Shown in pieces: positions 1-7,829 of a stretch of DNA of 32,000 nt. The DNA is from Caldivirga maquilingensis IC-167 (lineage in GTDB: Archaea > Thermoproteota > Thermoprotei > Thermoproteales > Thermocladiaceae), in assembly GCF_000018305.1 (NCBI RefSeq), contig NC_009954.1:180001-212000 (forward strand), given 5' to 3'. Positions within the stretch are counted from its first letter, which is position 1; each line of letters starts with the position of its first letter. The notes beneath the pieces are model-generated. The model was given only the letters and a program-made list of their open reading frames with translations. It was not told the DNA's origin and searched no databases. The position numbers were made by a program, and so were the translations under genes.

Positions 1-472
1 TTCCCACTATTGTTAGGTCATAATAGTTCCAGTCATTGACATTAAGAACACTTGAGACCATGCATTAAACAAGTGTACGTTAGGTAGAAGAGACTAAGTG
101 ATTAGTATGGTGCCATGTTCTTCCGACCAAATAAATATGTTTCACTCATATTCATTACCTTCAATTTATTAATGGTCCACTTTCAAATAGACCATGGGGG
201 TAAATACGTGATGCATGGCTTTTAAAAGGCCTTAACCTTAATGTAGAAGTAGGTGTAAACATGCCAAGCAGTGAAGGGCATTGTAGCTGAACCATTAAAC
301 CAATAGAAGCCTCTCCTAAGACATATCATTGATAATAATGAAATATTTGGAAAGTTTCCAAGTAACTTCATTAATACTCTAAGGATGACTAGGTTTGGAT
401 AACTTAAGAGTCTTTTCTTGATGCTTAAGTACGAATTTCTTAATTCATAACATTAGTGATCACGTAGTAATG

Positions 473-481
473 CTTAATATT
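473..481 (+). promoter_or_regulatory. TATA-like box for the dehydratase gene
   Basis: CTTAATATT is centred about 25 nt upstream of the ATG at 502. Several other genes in this window show the same spacing, which fits leaderless crenarchaeal transcripts. Confidence 0.4.
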
Positions 482-486
482 GGGGT

Positions 487-1698
487 TTGCAGACTCTAGT
501 TATGGTTACTATTAAGGATGTGGAAGTCTACCCGGTTAGTGACTTAGCGACTGCTAAGGCAAGTCCATGGGCCTCTGTCTCAATAATAGTTAAGGTTACT
601 ACATCTGATGGGCAGGTAGGTTACGGTGAAGCCGTTCCAACACTTAGGGTTAATCAGGTTATTAAGGCTATTGAGGAGGTCAGAAGACTGGTTATTGGTA
701 AGGATCCATTTAGGGTTAGTTATATATTCAGGGAGTGGTATAAGCATGACTTCTATATTAGTAGATCCTTTGAGTCAGCCACGGCATATAGTTCAGTGGA
801 TATTGCTCTCCACGACATATTAGGCAAATACTACGGTGCCCCTGTGTATCAGTTAATTGGTGGTTTAATTAACGATAAGGTGAAGGTTTACGCAAACGGC
901 TGGTATTCGGACTGTGTTACACCTGAGGATTTCGCTAAGAGGGCTAAGGAGGTTGTTTCAATGGGTTTTAAGGCCATGAAGTTCGATCCCTTCGGCCCAT
1001 ACTTTGACTCAATGGATAAGGCTGGCTTAGAGGAGGCTGTGGAGAGGGTTAGGGCTGTTAGGGAGGCTGTGGGTAAGGATGTTGATATCCTCATTGAGGT
1101 TCACGGTAGGTTCAACGTCAATACCGCTGTGCAGATGGTTAGGGCAATGGAGCCCTTTGAACCATTATTCATTGAGGAACCTATTCACCCTGACTTAAAC
1201 ATGGAGGGGCTTAGTAAGGTTAAGAACGCCACAGGGGTTAGGATAGCCACTGGTGAGAGGATTATAAGTATTGAGGAGGCCCTCCAGTTAATTGAAAGGG
1301 GGCTTGTGGACGTTCTTCAACCAGACATAACCAATGCCCTAGGCTTCACAGGGATGAGTAGGATTAGGGCATTAACCGAGGCCTATGGTATAGAGCTAGC
1401 GCCGCATAATGCCTTTGGCCCCATTCAACATGCCGCCACTCTTCAATTTGATGCAAGCAGCTTTAACATACTGATTCAGGAGAGTTTCTACGAGTTTTGG
1501 CCTCAATGGAAGCGTGACATAATTGGTGATGCCTTTAAGCTTAATGAAGGCTACCATACAGTGCCCAGTAAGCCAGGCCTTGGTGTTACTGTTAATGAGA
1601 GGTTACTGGATGAGTTGAGATTCACGGGTATGGAACCATTCCATGAGGAGGAGCCCGTGTGGGTGATTAAGGGTACGTGGAGGAGGTACGGCTCCTAA
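487..1698 (+). CDS. Enolase-superfamily sugar-acid dehydratase, D-gluconate/D-galactonate dehydratase-like
   Basis: 403-aa ORF. The track start is TTG at 487, but the first ATG at 502 (MVTIKDVEVYPV) sits 25 nt downstream of a TATA-like box and is the likelier start. Mandelate racemase/muconate lactonizing family signatures are present: GYGEAVPTLRV, YANGWY..CVTPEDF, KFDPFGP, DILIEVHGRF, FIEEP, ATGER, and C-terminal EEPVWVIKGTWRRYG. From memory it is near-collinear with the Sulfolobus solfataricus gluconate dehydratase of the branched Entner-Doudoroff pathway. This was not verified by search. Confidence 0.85.
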   Translation: MQTLVMVTIKDVEVYPVSDLATAKASPWASVSIIVKVTTSDGQVGYGEAVPTLRVNQVIKAIEEVRRLVIGKDPFRVSYIFREWYKHDFYISRSFESATAYSSVDIALHDILGKYYGAPVYQLIGGLINDKVKVYANGWYSDCVTPEDFAKRAKEVVSMGFKAMKFDPFGPYFDSMDKAGLEEAVERVRAVREAVGKDVDILIEVHGRFNVNTAVQMVRAMEPFEPLFIEEPIHPDLNMEGLSKVKNATGVRIATGERIISIEEALQLIERGLVDVLQPDITNALGFTGMSRIRALTEAYGIELAPHNAFGPIQHAATLQFDASSFNILIQESFYEFWPQWKRDIIGDAFKLNEGYHTVPSKPGLGVTVNERLLDELRFTGMEPFHEEEPVWVIKGTWRRYGS

Positions 1699-1703
1699 TT
1701 AGG

Positions 1704-2711
1704 CTACGTGGCCTGCTTACTGGTTCTCCTCCAGGTTGATGGATAAACACCCCTAGGCATAATAACCCTAGTTGGCTTAGCTACAATCCCCCTATTCATG
1801 TTAAGTATCTCATTAGTTGAGGCAGTGGATTCAGCCAACGCCACTAACTCACCCTTAAGCGTCATTAAGGCTACTAATTGACCACTCCTAATACCCTCCT
1901 CAACCTTAGCAACCCCCGGTGCCGCCAGTGATGCACCGTGGGCTATTGCATCCACTGCGGAGTCCCTAATGTAGATTCTAGGTAGGTGAATCACCATTTC
2001 CTCAACAGGCCTAATTAACCTCCTAAGCAGTGATTCATCACCGTAATCCCTCCAAAGTGAGTAAGCTTCCCTTAACGTATTCAAGTTAACTGTATTCTCC
2101 TCCCTGAAGCAACCGACCCTAGTCCTCCTTAACTCCCTCATGCTTGCACCAACACCTAAAACCTCACCAATATCGTAGCATAGTTTCCTAATGTAAGTCC
2201 CTGACTCAACATCAGCCTTAAACAAAACGTACCTACCGTCGAATTCCATTATATCCAGGCTATAAACCGTCTTAACCCTAATCCTCCTCTTAACAGCACT
2301 CTTGAGGGGTGGGCGTTGATATATTTTACCCGTGAACTCCCTGAAGACAGCCTTAACCCTCTCCTGATCCACAGTAGAGTGAAGGAGCATAACACCCACG
2401 TACTCCTTATCAACATTACTTATACCTTGCAATACCTTAGTTGAATCACCCAGAGCTATTGGGAGAACCCCAGAAACCCCTGGATCAAGTGTACCAGAGT
2501 GCCCAGCCTTACTGATATTAAGCAGCTTCTTAACCCATGCAACAACCTCACTACTAGTCGGCCCCCTTGGTTTATCAAGGATTATGAAACCGTAGTTAAT
2601 GTACTCCTCAATCCTTCTTTCATAAGGATTAACACCATACCTTGGGTCAGTACCCTCATCCACCTTAACCTTAATGATCCTTTCACCACTACAGTTAAGT
2701 ACATTAAACAT
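1704..2711 (-). CDS. cbf5: Cbf5, the pseudouridine synthase subunit of the H/ACA RNP (TruB family with PUA domain)
   Basis: 335-aa ORF. It carries the TruB motif GHSGTLDPGVSGVLP with the catalytic Asp, the Cbf5-type N-terminus (DPRYGVNPYERRIEEYINYGFIILDKP), and a C-terminal PUA-like segment (IRDSAVDAIAHGASLAAPGV). TATA-like TTTTATAAAA lies at 2741-2750. Confidence 0.9.
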   Translation of the reverse strand: MFNVLNCSGERIIKVKVDEGTDPRYGVNPYERRIEEYINYGFIILDKPRGPTSSEVVAWVKKLLNISKAGHSGTLDPGVSGVLPIALGDSTKVLQGISNVDKEYVGVMLLHSTVDQERVKAVFREFTGKIYQRPPLKSAVKRRIRVKTVYSLDIMEFDGRYVLFKADVESGTYIRKLCYDIGEVLGVGASMRELRRTRVGCFREENTVNLNTLREAYSLWRDYGDESLLRRLIRPVEEMVIHLPRIYIRDSAVDAIAHGASLAAPGVAKVEEGIRSGQLVALMTLKGELVALAESTASTNEILNMNRGIVAKPTRVIMPRGVYPSTWRRTSKQAT

Positions 2712-3400
2712 AAACCACAGTCTCCTTCCCTTTGAAGGATTTTTATAAAAGTTAGGGGTTCAAAGGAGACTTCCCTACCTTAAAAAAAGAAACATCATGC
2801 CCCTTTCATAATAGACGTTTTTAAATCATCTGAGCAAACTTCTTTAATCACACTCCTTCCCTCAATGAATCCCCCTGGTTTACGAGTGAGTGCCTATTCC
2901 CTGACCTCCTCGCACTAGTGGGTTAGTTTGAGGTAAATTTGTGGATGAAAAACTTAATTAGTTTATACGCATACTGGCGAAAACCATAGCCCTGAGTCTC
3001 CATGACATGGGAAGTGAGGTTAATGAGGTTACTCCCGTGGAGAGATAGAGGTAATGGACTTTAGACTTAGCCCGAGGCTGAACCGGGCAAAGGCTTATGA
3101 TGTTACCAAAAACCAATGAACCACCCAAAGGGAAATCCCACCCAAAGAGGTGCTATGTATGTTATCACTTTGACTAGTTAAGAAATGTCCTTAACTTAGA
3201 TTTATAAATATTACTTTATAATCTTTGTAATTTATTACAAATTATAAATCTTATTTATGATAAAAACAAATAAAACATTATAACAGAAAATATCATTATA
3301 TATAAGGCACAAAACAAGAACTACTAACTAATCGTCACATCACAGAACAAGGAATCTAAAACCACAAATCAATGTAACCAACATACAGCAACGCTCCATA

Positions 3401-3477
3401 AGAGCCGTAGTTTAGCCTGAAAGGATGCTTGCTTGGCATGCGGGAGATCCCGGGTTCAAGTCCCGGCCAGGTTACCA
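3401..3477 (+). tRNA. tRNA-Ala(GGC)-like element, probably a decayed copy or pseudogene
   Basis: Hand fold: U8 at 3408; D arm GUUU/AGCCUGAAA/GGAU; anticodon arm CUUGC-UUGGCAU-GCGGG with anticodon GGC at 3435-3437; variable loop AGAUC; a perfect T arm CCGGG-UUCAAGU-CCCGG (3450-3466); then CCAGGUU-A-CCA (3467-3477). A14, G15:C48, A21, U33, purine 37 and G53-U54-U55-C56 are all in place. Against function: the 7 nt before U8 (AGAGCCG) pair with the 3' strand at only 3 of 7 positions, the D stem has three G.U pairs, the anticodon stem has two, and G18G19 reads GA. Confidence 0.45.
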
Positions 3478-3543
3478 AACCTCTTATGTAATTAAATCCG
3501 TAATAATCTAAATCTCAGAAGTGGTCTAGAAGTTCTATGATTT

Positions 3544-4227
3544 TTAATTTATTATTTTTATTAACTGAATTTTACCTTTTATCATACATTTATCAATATT
3601 TTTATCTTTAATATTAACATCATAATTTTTAATTAAAAGGGATAAATCGTACCTTTCTTCCTCCTCGTTATAGGAAATATCTAAATCAGGCATATTTCTT
3701 ATTGAGATCAATCCTTTTACGAAATTCTCATCCTTAGTTATGTACATAGCATTGTTACGAGATGATATTATGAAATAAAGTAAATCTCTACCTATACCCA
3801 ACTTATGAATTAAGGTCTTTCTCTCTTTCCTAGGGATCTTATGCCTTATTCTATTATAAATATTTGAAGCAAGTTCTATATCAGACCAGCTTACATTAAT
3901 GTAGCCAAAGCCAATATTCATAAAATCATCCCTTATTCTGTCAATGAAAGACTCAACATCATTATTGCTGATTTTTTGTAATTCAGTTATTGGTAATTTT
4001 ATCTCAATTATTTTATCAATAATTTTATTTAAAAATTCATATGCAATTAAATTAATAATGCATATTTCACTAATTTTCGCTCTACGTAAAATATCAAGTA
4101 TATAACTAGCAAAATTATTTATTACATTTCCCTCTGATATTATATATTTATTTAATAAATTATTAACAATGAAGTCAATTATTAAGCTAGTATCTAAGAT
4201 GTATCTACAGCGTGATTCCCCATTCAT
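3544..4227 (-). CDS. PIN-domain (VapC-like) putative ribonuclease with a ~55-aa C-terminal extension
   Basis: 227-aa ORF in extremely AT-rich DNA. PIN layout read by eye: RYILDTSLIIDF (Asp12), LIAYEFLNK (Glu64), INVSWSDIELASNIY (the usual 'l.fd...a..a' helix), and GIGRDLLYFIISSRNNAMYITKDENF (Asp148, Asp166, the classic D..IAA.A....T.D..F end). The ATG at 4227 lies 23 nt inside the upstream gene. Confidence 0.6.
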   Translation of the reverse strand: MNGESRCRYILDTSLIIDFIVNNLLNKYIISEGNVINNFASYILDILRRAKISEICIINLIAYEFLNKIIDKIIEIKLPITELQKISNNDVESFIDRIRDDFMNIGFGYINVSWSDIELASNIYNRIRHKIPRKERKTLIHKLGIGRDLLYFIISSRNNAMYITKDENFVKGLISIRNMPDLDISYNEEEERYDLSLLIKNYDVNIKDKNIDKCMIKGKIQLIKIIN

Positions 4228-4903
4228 AGAGTTTCACATATAGGCTACATAGTTTAAGTATTATTTTTAAGCCGTCCTCAGTGGCTAATTCATGTGATTG
4301 TAGTAGTTCCAGGGCTTCTTTGTACTTGTTGTTGAGTACCAGGAGTGATGATACCATGAATGCTAATGCATCACTAACTCTACCCCTGAGTAGGTAGTCC
4401 CAGTAGTCACCTATTAGTAATAACGCGATGGAGTTATTCTCGTTTAGATTACCATTAGCATAGGCCTTGCATGCTACGTTTCTTATTACCCATGGGGTTA
4501 ACTTAAATATCATCTTCACCCTCTTAATGAGCTCCTCATAATCCTCCGCTTCATCTGGGTTTAATTTATCGATGTAGCTCGGTAGTTCACTTGAAATTAA
4601 TCCCCTATCAATTAGGAATTTGAAAATACTGTAGAGTTGTTTAGCTGTGTTAATAAGTGCTTTTATGTAAGTTTCATAATTGCGATCCTTCATGGTGTAT
4701 GCACTGGCGAGATACTCAATGTCAGTACTAAGTGAGTTAATAAATTCCTCAGCATACTTAATGCATTCTTCATTACTGCATTCTCCAAGGTTTTTTAATC
4801 CATTAATAATATTATTAGTGGATATTTTGAGAGTTTTGATTAATAATTCATTAATATCTGGTTTATCCTTAAGTATTATAATTGAAGTTCCATCAACACT
4901 CAT
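4205..4903 (-). CDS. Hypothetical, predicted all-helical protein; first gene of the PIN operon
   Basis: 232-aa ORF with no motif I recognise: no HTH, RHH or AbrB-like N-terminus, no Walker motif, no HEPN Rx4-6H. It overlaps the PIN gene by 23 nt. A TATA box sits 28 nt upstream of its ATG. Confidence 0.55.
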   Translation of the reverse strand: MSVDGTSIIILKDKPDINELLIKTLKISTNNIINGLKNLGECSNEECIKYAEEFINSLSTDIEYLASAYTMKDRNYETYIKALINTAKQLYSIFKFLIDRGLISSELPSYIDKLNPDEAEDYEELIKRVKMIFKLTPWVIRNVACKAYANGNLNENNSIALLLIGDYWDYLLRGRVSDALAFMVSSLLVLNNKYKEALELLQSHELATEDGLKIILKLCSLYVKLYEWGITL

Positions 4904-4927
4904 ACATGCAGTTAAAAGTTAATACAC

Positions 4928-4935
4928 TATTTAAA
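4928..4935 (-). promoter_or_regulatory. TATA box of the 232-aa/PIN operon
   Basis: On the minus strand TTTAAATA is centred about 28 nt upstream of the ATG at 4903, preceded by an A-rich BRE-like CAAAA. The element (TATTTAAAT) is nearly symmetric and could also fire rightward. Confidence 0.45.
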
Positions 4936-5271
4936 TTTTGCCCAACAGGCGGCTGGGCCTTCAATCCAATCACCTTGATCCCTCCATGGGACTCGGGGTA
5001 TGCAGAATATTTGCACCTCACTTTTAAACTACCCAAACCTAAAGGGGCGAGACTTGCCGTTTATTTTTTGTCAATAGCTTTACATGGATTTAAACAGTGC
5101 CTTAAGTATAATGGGGAAGGCTGATGGAAAGTAATAACAATAATGAAGAAGCCATCAATGTCTCATGATTAAGCATCACCAATAAGAGGCGTAACCTCCA
5201 AGACCTTAGGGAAACTGCTAATTCAGGATTAGGAAGAGGTTAGTACTTACCGGTGGGTTTTAAGTAATCAT

Positions 5272-5586
5272 TCACTTAGTTACCTTAACTGTAGGTACCA
5301 TGAATAGCTTGGGTTGAACACCCTTCTTCATAATGTCAACGAGCCCAGCTGCCTCAATGGCCTTGGTCACCTCCTCATCTGAAGCACCCTTACTTATCTC
5401 AACTCTGTACTCTGTTGGTTCGAGGTGTTTAACATTGGTTCTCCTCCTCTTAACACCAGTTAGGTTCTTGGGTCCAGTAACAATGACGAATCTCTCATCC
5501 ACTATATCAACTACAACGCACATTTTCCCTGCCTCCTTACCCGCCAGCTTAACGCATACTCTCCCAACATCAAAAACCTTAGGCAT
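5272..5586 (-). CDS. rpl14e: 50S ribosomal protein L14e (eL14, KOW motif)
   Basis: 104-aa ORF. The region VGRVCVKLAGKEAGKMCVVVDIVDERFVIVTGPKNLTGVKRRRTNVKHLEPT follows the archaeal L14e pattern as I recall it from Sulfolobus. Confidence 0.9.
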   Translation of the reverse strand: MPKVFDVGRVCVKLAGKEAGKMCVVVDIVDERFVIVTGPKNLTGVKRRRTNVKHLEPTEYRVEISKGASDEEVTKAIEAAGLVDIMKKGVQPKLFMVPTVKVTK

Positions 5587-5720
5587 GATTAAGCCCTAGA
5601 GACAGGCCTTAAAATGCTTTATGGTATTTAAACCACTTAAGTTAACCTTAATCCCCGCTGGTTAAGGCGCAGTATTGGATCAAGTATAGTGAACCAATGA
5701 ATACCGCTGATCCCCTTCAT

Positions 5721-6500
5721 TTAACGGCATTTAGTCAAAGTATCTGTTAGCGTGAGGACGTCCTTTGTTCTTCTTATTATATATGCCTTACATTTAATGG
5801 CCTCATAGGGGCTGGAGTTAACTGGAGTATACACGCCGCCTGGGTCGTAGAGAACCCCCACTATACCGTACATTAATGCTCCAACGAAATCCTCCTGCAG
5901 ATTATCACCCACGTGCGCAACTACGTCAGGCACCCTATCACCGATCAGGGAGTTTATGAGTGTTTCAAATATTATTGGGTGTGGTTTTGGGTAACCCACC
6001 TCATCTGAGAAGACTGCGTAATCTATGAATCTCCATAAGCCAAACCTAGTTAAGAGTGCCCTAGATACTCTACCGGGCCAGAATATGACGTTTGAAACTA
6101 TGCCCACTAACCAATCCTCCTCCTTAAGGATGCTGAACACCTCCTCAACACCCTCAATGACTTTAATGTTCTGTGAATTAACCACGGTGTCCGCTATAAC
6201 GTTTTGAACATCATTAACAAGCCTATTTGAGAACGGTATACCATATCTCTGCCCAATCCTCTTAACCAACCTCCTAGTGTTCTCGGCGGGTGGGGTGTAT
6301 AGTAGGTTCATGATCCTGTTAACCCTAACCTCCCTCTCCATTAACCTATAGTAATCAGTAACCACGCTTGAATCCACAGAGTAACCCACCTCCCTATAGT
6401 ACTTACTTATCGCCTCCCCAATCTCCTTAATCAACGCATCCCCATACTCAAGCACCGTCTGATACACATCAAATGTTATCACCCTTGTTTCCTCAGCCAC
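5721..6500 (-). CDS. HAD-superfamily hydrolase (haloacid dehalogenase-like)
   Basis: 259-aa ORF. Motif I is ITFDVYQTVL (D-x-Y-x-T variant, as in 2-haloacid dehalogenase-type HADs). Motif IV is HVGDNLQEDFVGA. A cap-domain-sized insert lies between them. Confidence 0.7.
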   Translation of the reverse strand: MAEETRVITFDVYQTVLEYGDALIKEIGEAISKYYREVGYSVDSSVVTDYYRLMEREVRVNRIMNLLYTPPAENTRRLVKRIGQRYGIPFSNRLVNDVQNVIADTVVNSQNIKVIEGVEEVFSILKEEDWLVGIVSNVIFWPGRVSRALLTRFGLWRFIDYAVFSDEVGYPKPHPIIFETLINSLIGDRVPDVVAHVGDNLQEDFVGALMYGIVGVLYDPGGVYTPVNSSPYEAIKCKAYIIRRTKDVLTLTDTLTKCR

Positions 6501-6523
6501 AGTTAACCCTCAATGGGTAGTTT

Positions 6524-7747
6524 TTAAATTATCCATAAGGAAGGCCTATTAAACACATTAACTAAACCCTCAAGGCCTATTCTAGCAGTGGGCTTATGAA
6601 GGTGCCTAACCTCAGCCTCCCTTGGCTCCTCCAGGGTAAACTCACTGGTGTAGTTCATTAGCCTAGGTAACCCGGTAATTAATCCGCATTTAGGGCATTT
6701 AAGTAACCCAACCCTACCTGTGGATTCAAGGTTACTACCACACCTTGGGCATCTTGGATTCTTAACAATATTATTAAGCATTAATGCAACACCACCCTCC
6801 ATGTATAAGTCTAGACTATTCACTCCTGGTTTAAATCCACCGTAGGCTATTAGGTAAGTGGCCTTATCAATGCTCTTAAACCCATAGTGCCTATATGAGA
6901 AGACATGTGTTGAATTAACCCTGATCTCAATGTTACCACCCTGCACTAGCCTCACTTCATTTACTGAACCCTCAACGTAACCAGTGGTGTATGGTTTATT
7001 CATGATGCTGTTAAGATGATGGCCAGTGGCTTGGTTTGTTAAGTAGATTAACCACCTTGGCTCAACATCCACTTCATTAATAAGCATTGATGCGAAGTGA
7101 ATAATGTGGTATGGTGAATCACCCCTAATCCCAAATATCACTGGGTCGTTTCCATGAGGCTGTATTAAAACATAGTCACCGCTCACGTTCTCGAAGGTTA
7201 ATGGAGTTGTTGAATCATTCAGCTTCTTAACAAGATCAATGGGTATGCTCGGCTTTGGGGTTGATTCACTGTAGGCCAGTAGCTCTAGGGTTGAGTCTTG
7301 GCTTAAGTCAGCCATTACTGAGGCTAAGGCTCCAATAACCCCTCTACCACCCCTGTAAATTACACCTAGCTTACTCATCCATTTAACCGCTGCATTAAGG
7401 GGAATTACATCACTTAAGGCCTTCCAATATATCCAATGCTCATTATTACTTATTGAAACCACTATGCCTGGGCTAGTTTTACCAATCTTATGTGAGTACG
7501 CATCCACAGCCCACTCAGCTAGCTCTAATGCTTCCCTTGGATCATCAACATTAAGGCCTACTGAAACCGCAGCGTTCCCCCTAGTCTTAAAGGGTACGTT
7601 TGGGTTAAGCCTAATTAACCGGGGGTATGTGATTATTCTCCATTCACCCTTAGTTTTAAGGAACTCCTTAAGCATATTATACATTACATACGTTGTGCAT
7701 CCCTTATCATATGTGTCAGTGTCATCAATCCCAACCCAAGTAATCAT
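6524..7747 (-). CDS. tiaS: tRNA(Ile2) 2-agmatinylcytidine synthetase TiaS
   Basis: 407-aa ORF. The N-terminus MITWVGIDDTDTYDKGCTTYV matches the TiaS kinase-like domain signature (GIDDTDS..G.CTTY). The C-terminal zinc ribbon is CPRCGSNLESTGRVGLLKCPKCG. The family is archaea-specific. Confidence 0.85.
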   Translation of the reverse strand: MITWVGIDDTDTYDKGCTTYVMYNMLKEFLKTKGEWRIITYPRLIRLNPNVPFKTRGNAAVSVGLNVDDPREALELAEWAVDAYSHKIGKTSPGIVVSISNNEHWIYWKALSDVIPLNAAVKWMSKLGVIYRGGRGVIGALASVMADLSQDSTLELLAYSESTPKPSIPIDLVKKLNDSTTPLTFENVSGDYVLIQPHGNDPVIFGIRGDSPYHIIHFASMLINEVDVEPRWLIYLTNQATGHHLNSIMNKPYTTGYVEGSVNEVRLVQGGNIEIRVNSTHVFSYRHYGFKSIDKATYLIAYGGFKPGVNSLDLYMEGGVALMLNNIVKNPRCPRCGSNLESTGRVGLLKCPKCGLITGLPRLMNYTSEFTLEEPREAEVRHLHKPTARIGLEGLVNVFNRPSLWII

Positions 7748-7829
7748 TAATCAACTACCAGTGGTTCATTTAGGGTACTTAATTATTAACTTAACGTGGC
7801 TAATGAATTAAATGCGCGTTAATGCAGGA

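Noticed and set aside
1-61. Possible 5' end of a minus-strand gene. An ATG (complement of 59-61) is followed by 20 open codons (MVSSVLNVNDWNYYDLTIVG) running off the left edge.
   Set aside because: Only 20 codons are visible, with no recognisable motif and no convincing TATA box at the expected distance. This is too little to support a feature.
2942-2995. C/D-box-like arrangement: UGGAUGA, then 12 nt and further sequence, ending in CUGA, with total length 54 nt.
   Set aside because: The C box deviates at two positions. There is no D' box (GUUU at the expected place). The C' is weak (CUGGCGA). The first guide would be almost pure A/U (AAAACUUAAUUA), which is implausible for a thermophile rRNA target.
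3097-3177. 26-codon ORF (MMLPKTNEPPKGKSHPKRCYVCYHFD) covering the CCACCCAAAG direct repeats.
   Set aside because: It is too short, with no promoter spacing or ribosome-binding evidence. The repeat rather than coding potential is the more parsimonious explanation of the pattern.
3199-3250. Nested inverted repeats in the AT-rich spacer: GATTTATAA/TTATAAATC (3199-3207 and 3242-3250) and TTTGTAAT-TT-ATTACAAA (3224-3241). I considered these as element termini or an origin-like structure.
   Set aside because: The two repeats are not concentric. Such A/T-only palindromes arise easily by chance at this composition. No origin-associated gene (cdc6/orc1) or ORB-like repeats are nearby.
3467-3485. Hairpin AGGTT-ACCA-AACCT straddling the tRNA-like 3' end, which prompted the idea of a permuted or split tRNA with the 5' half following the 3' half.
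   Set aside because: Only 5 nt (AACCT) match the required 5' acceptor strand, and the downstream sequence (CTTATGTAATT...) has no D-arm or anticodon-arm features.
4882-5124. 80-aa plus-strand ORF spanning the gap between the PIN operon and rpl14e.
   Set aside because: It starts inside the opposite-strand gene, has no promoter or start context and an implausible sequence, and runs through a hairpin and T-tract. The region is more consistent with non-coding DNA or RNA.
5121-5200. UGAUG-like motifs on both strands (CUGAUGG, AAUGAAGA, AUGAUUA on the plus strand; GUGAUGC, UUGAUGG on the minus strand) suggestive of a C/D sRNA.
   Set aside because: No CUGA-type D or D' boxes occur at 12-nt spacing on either strand.
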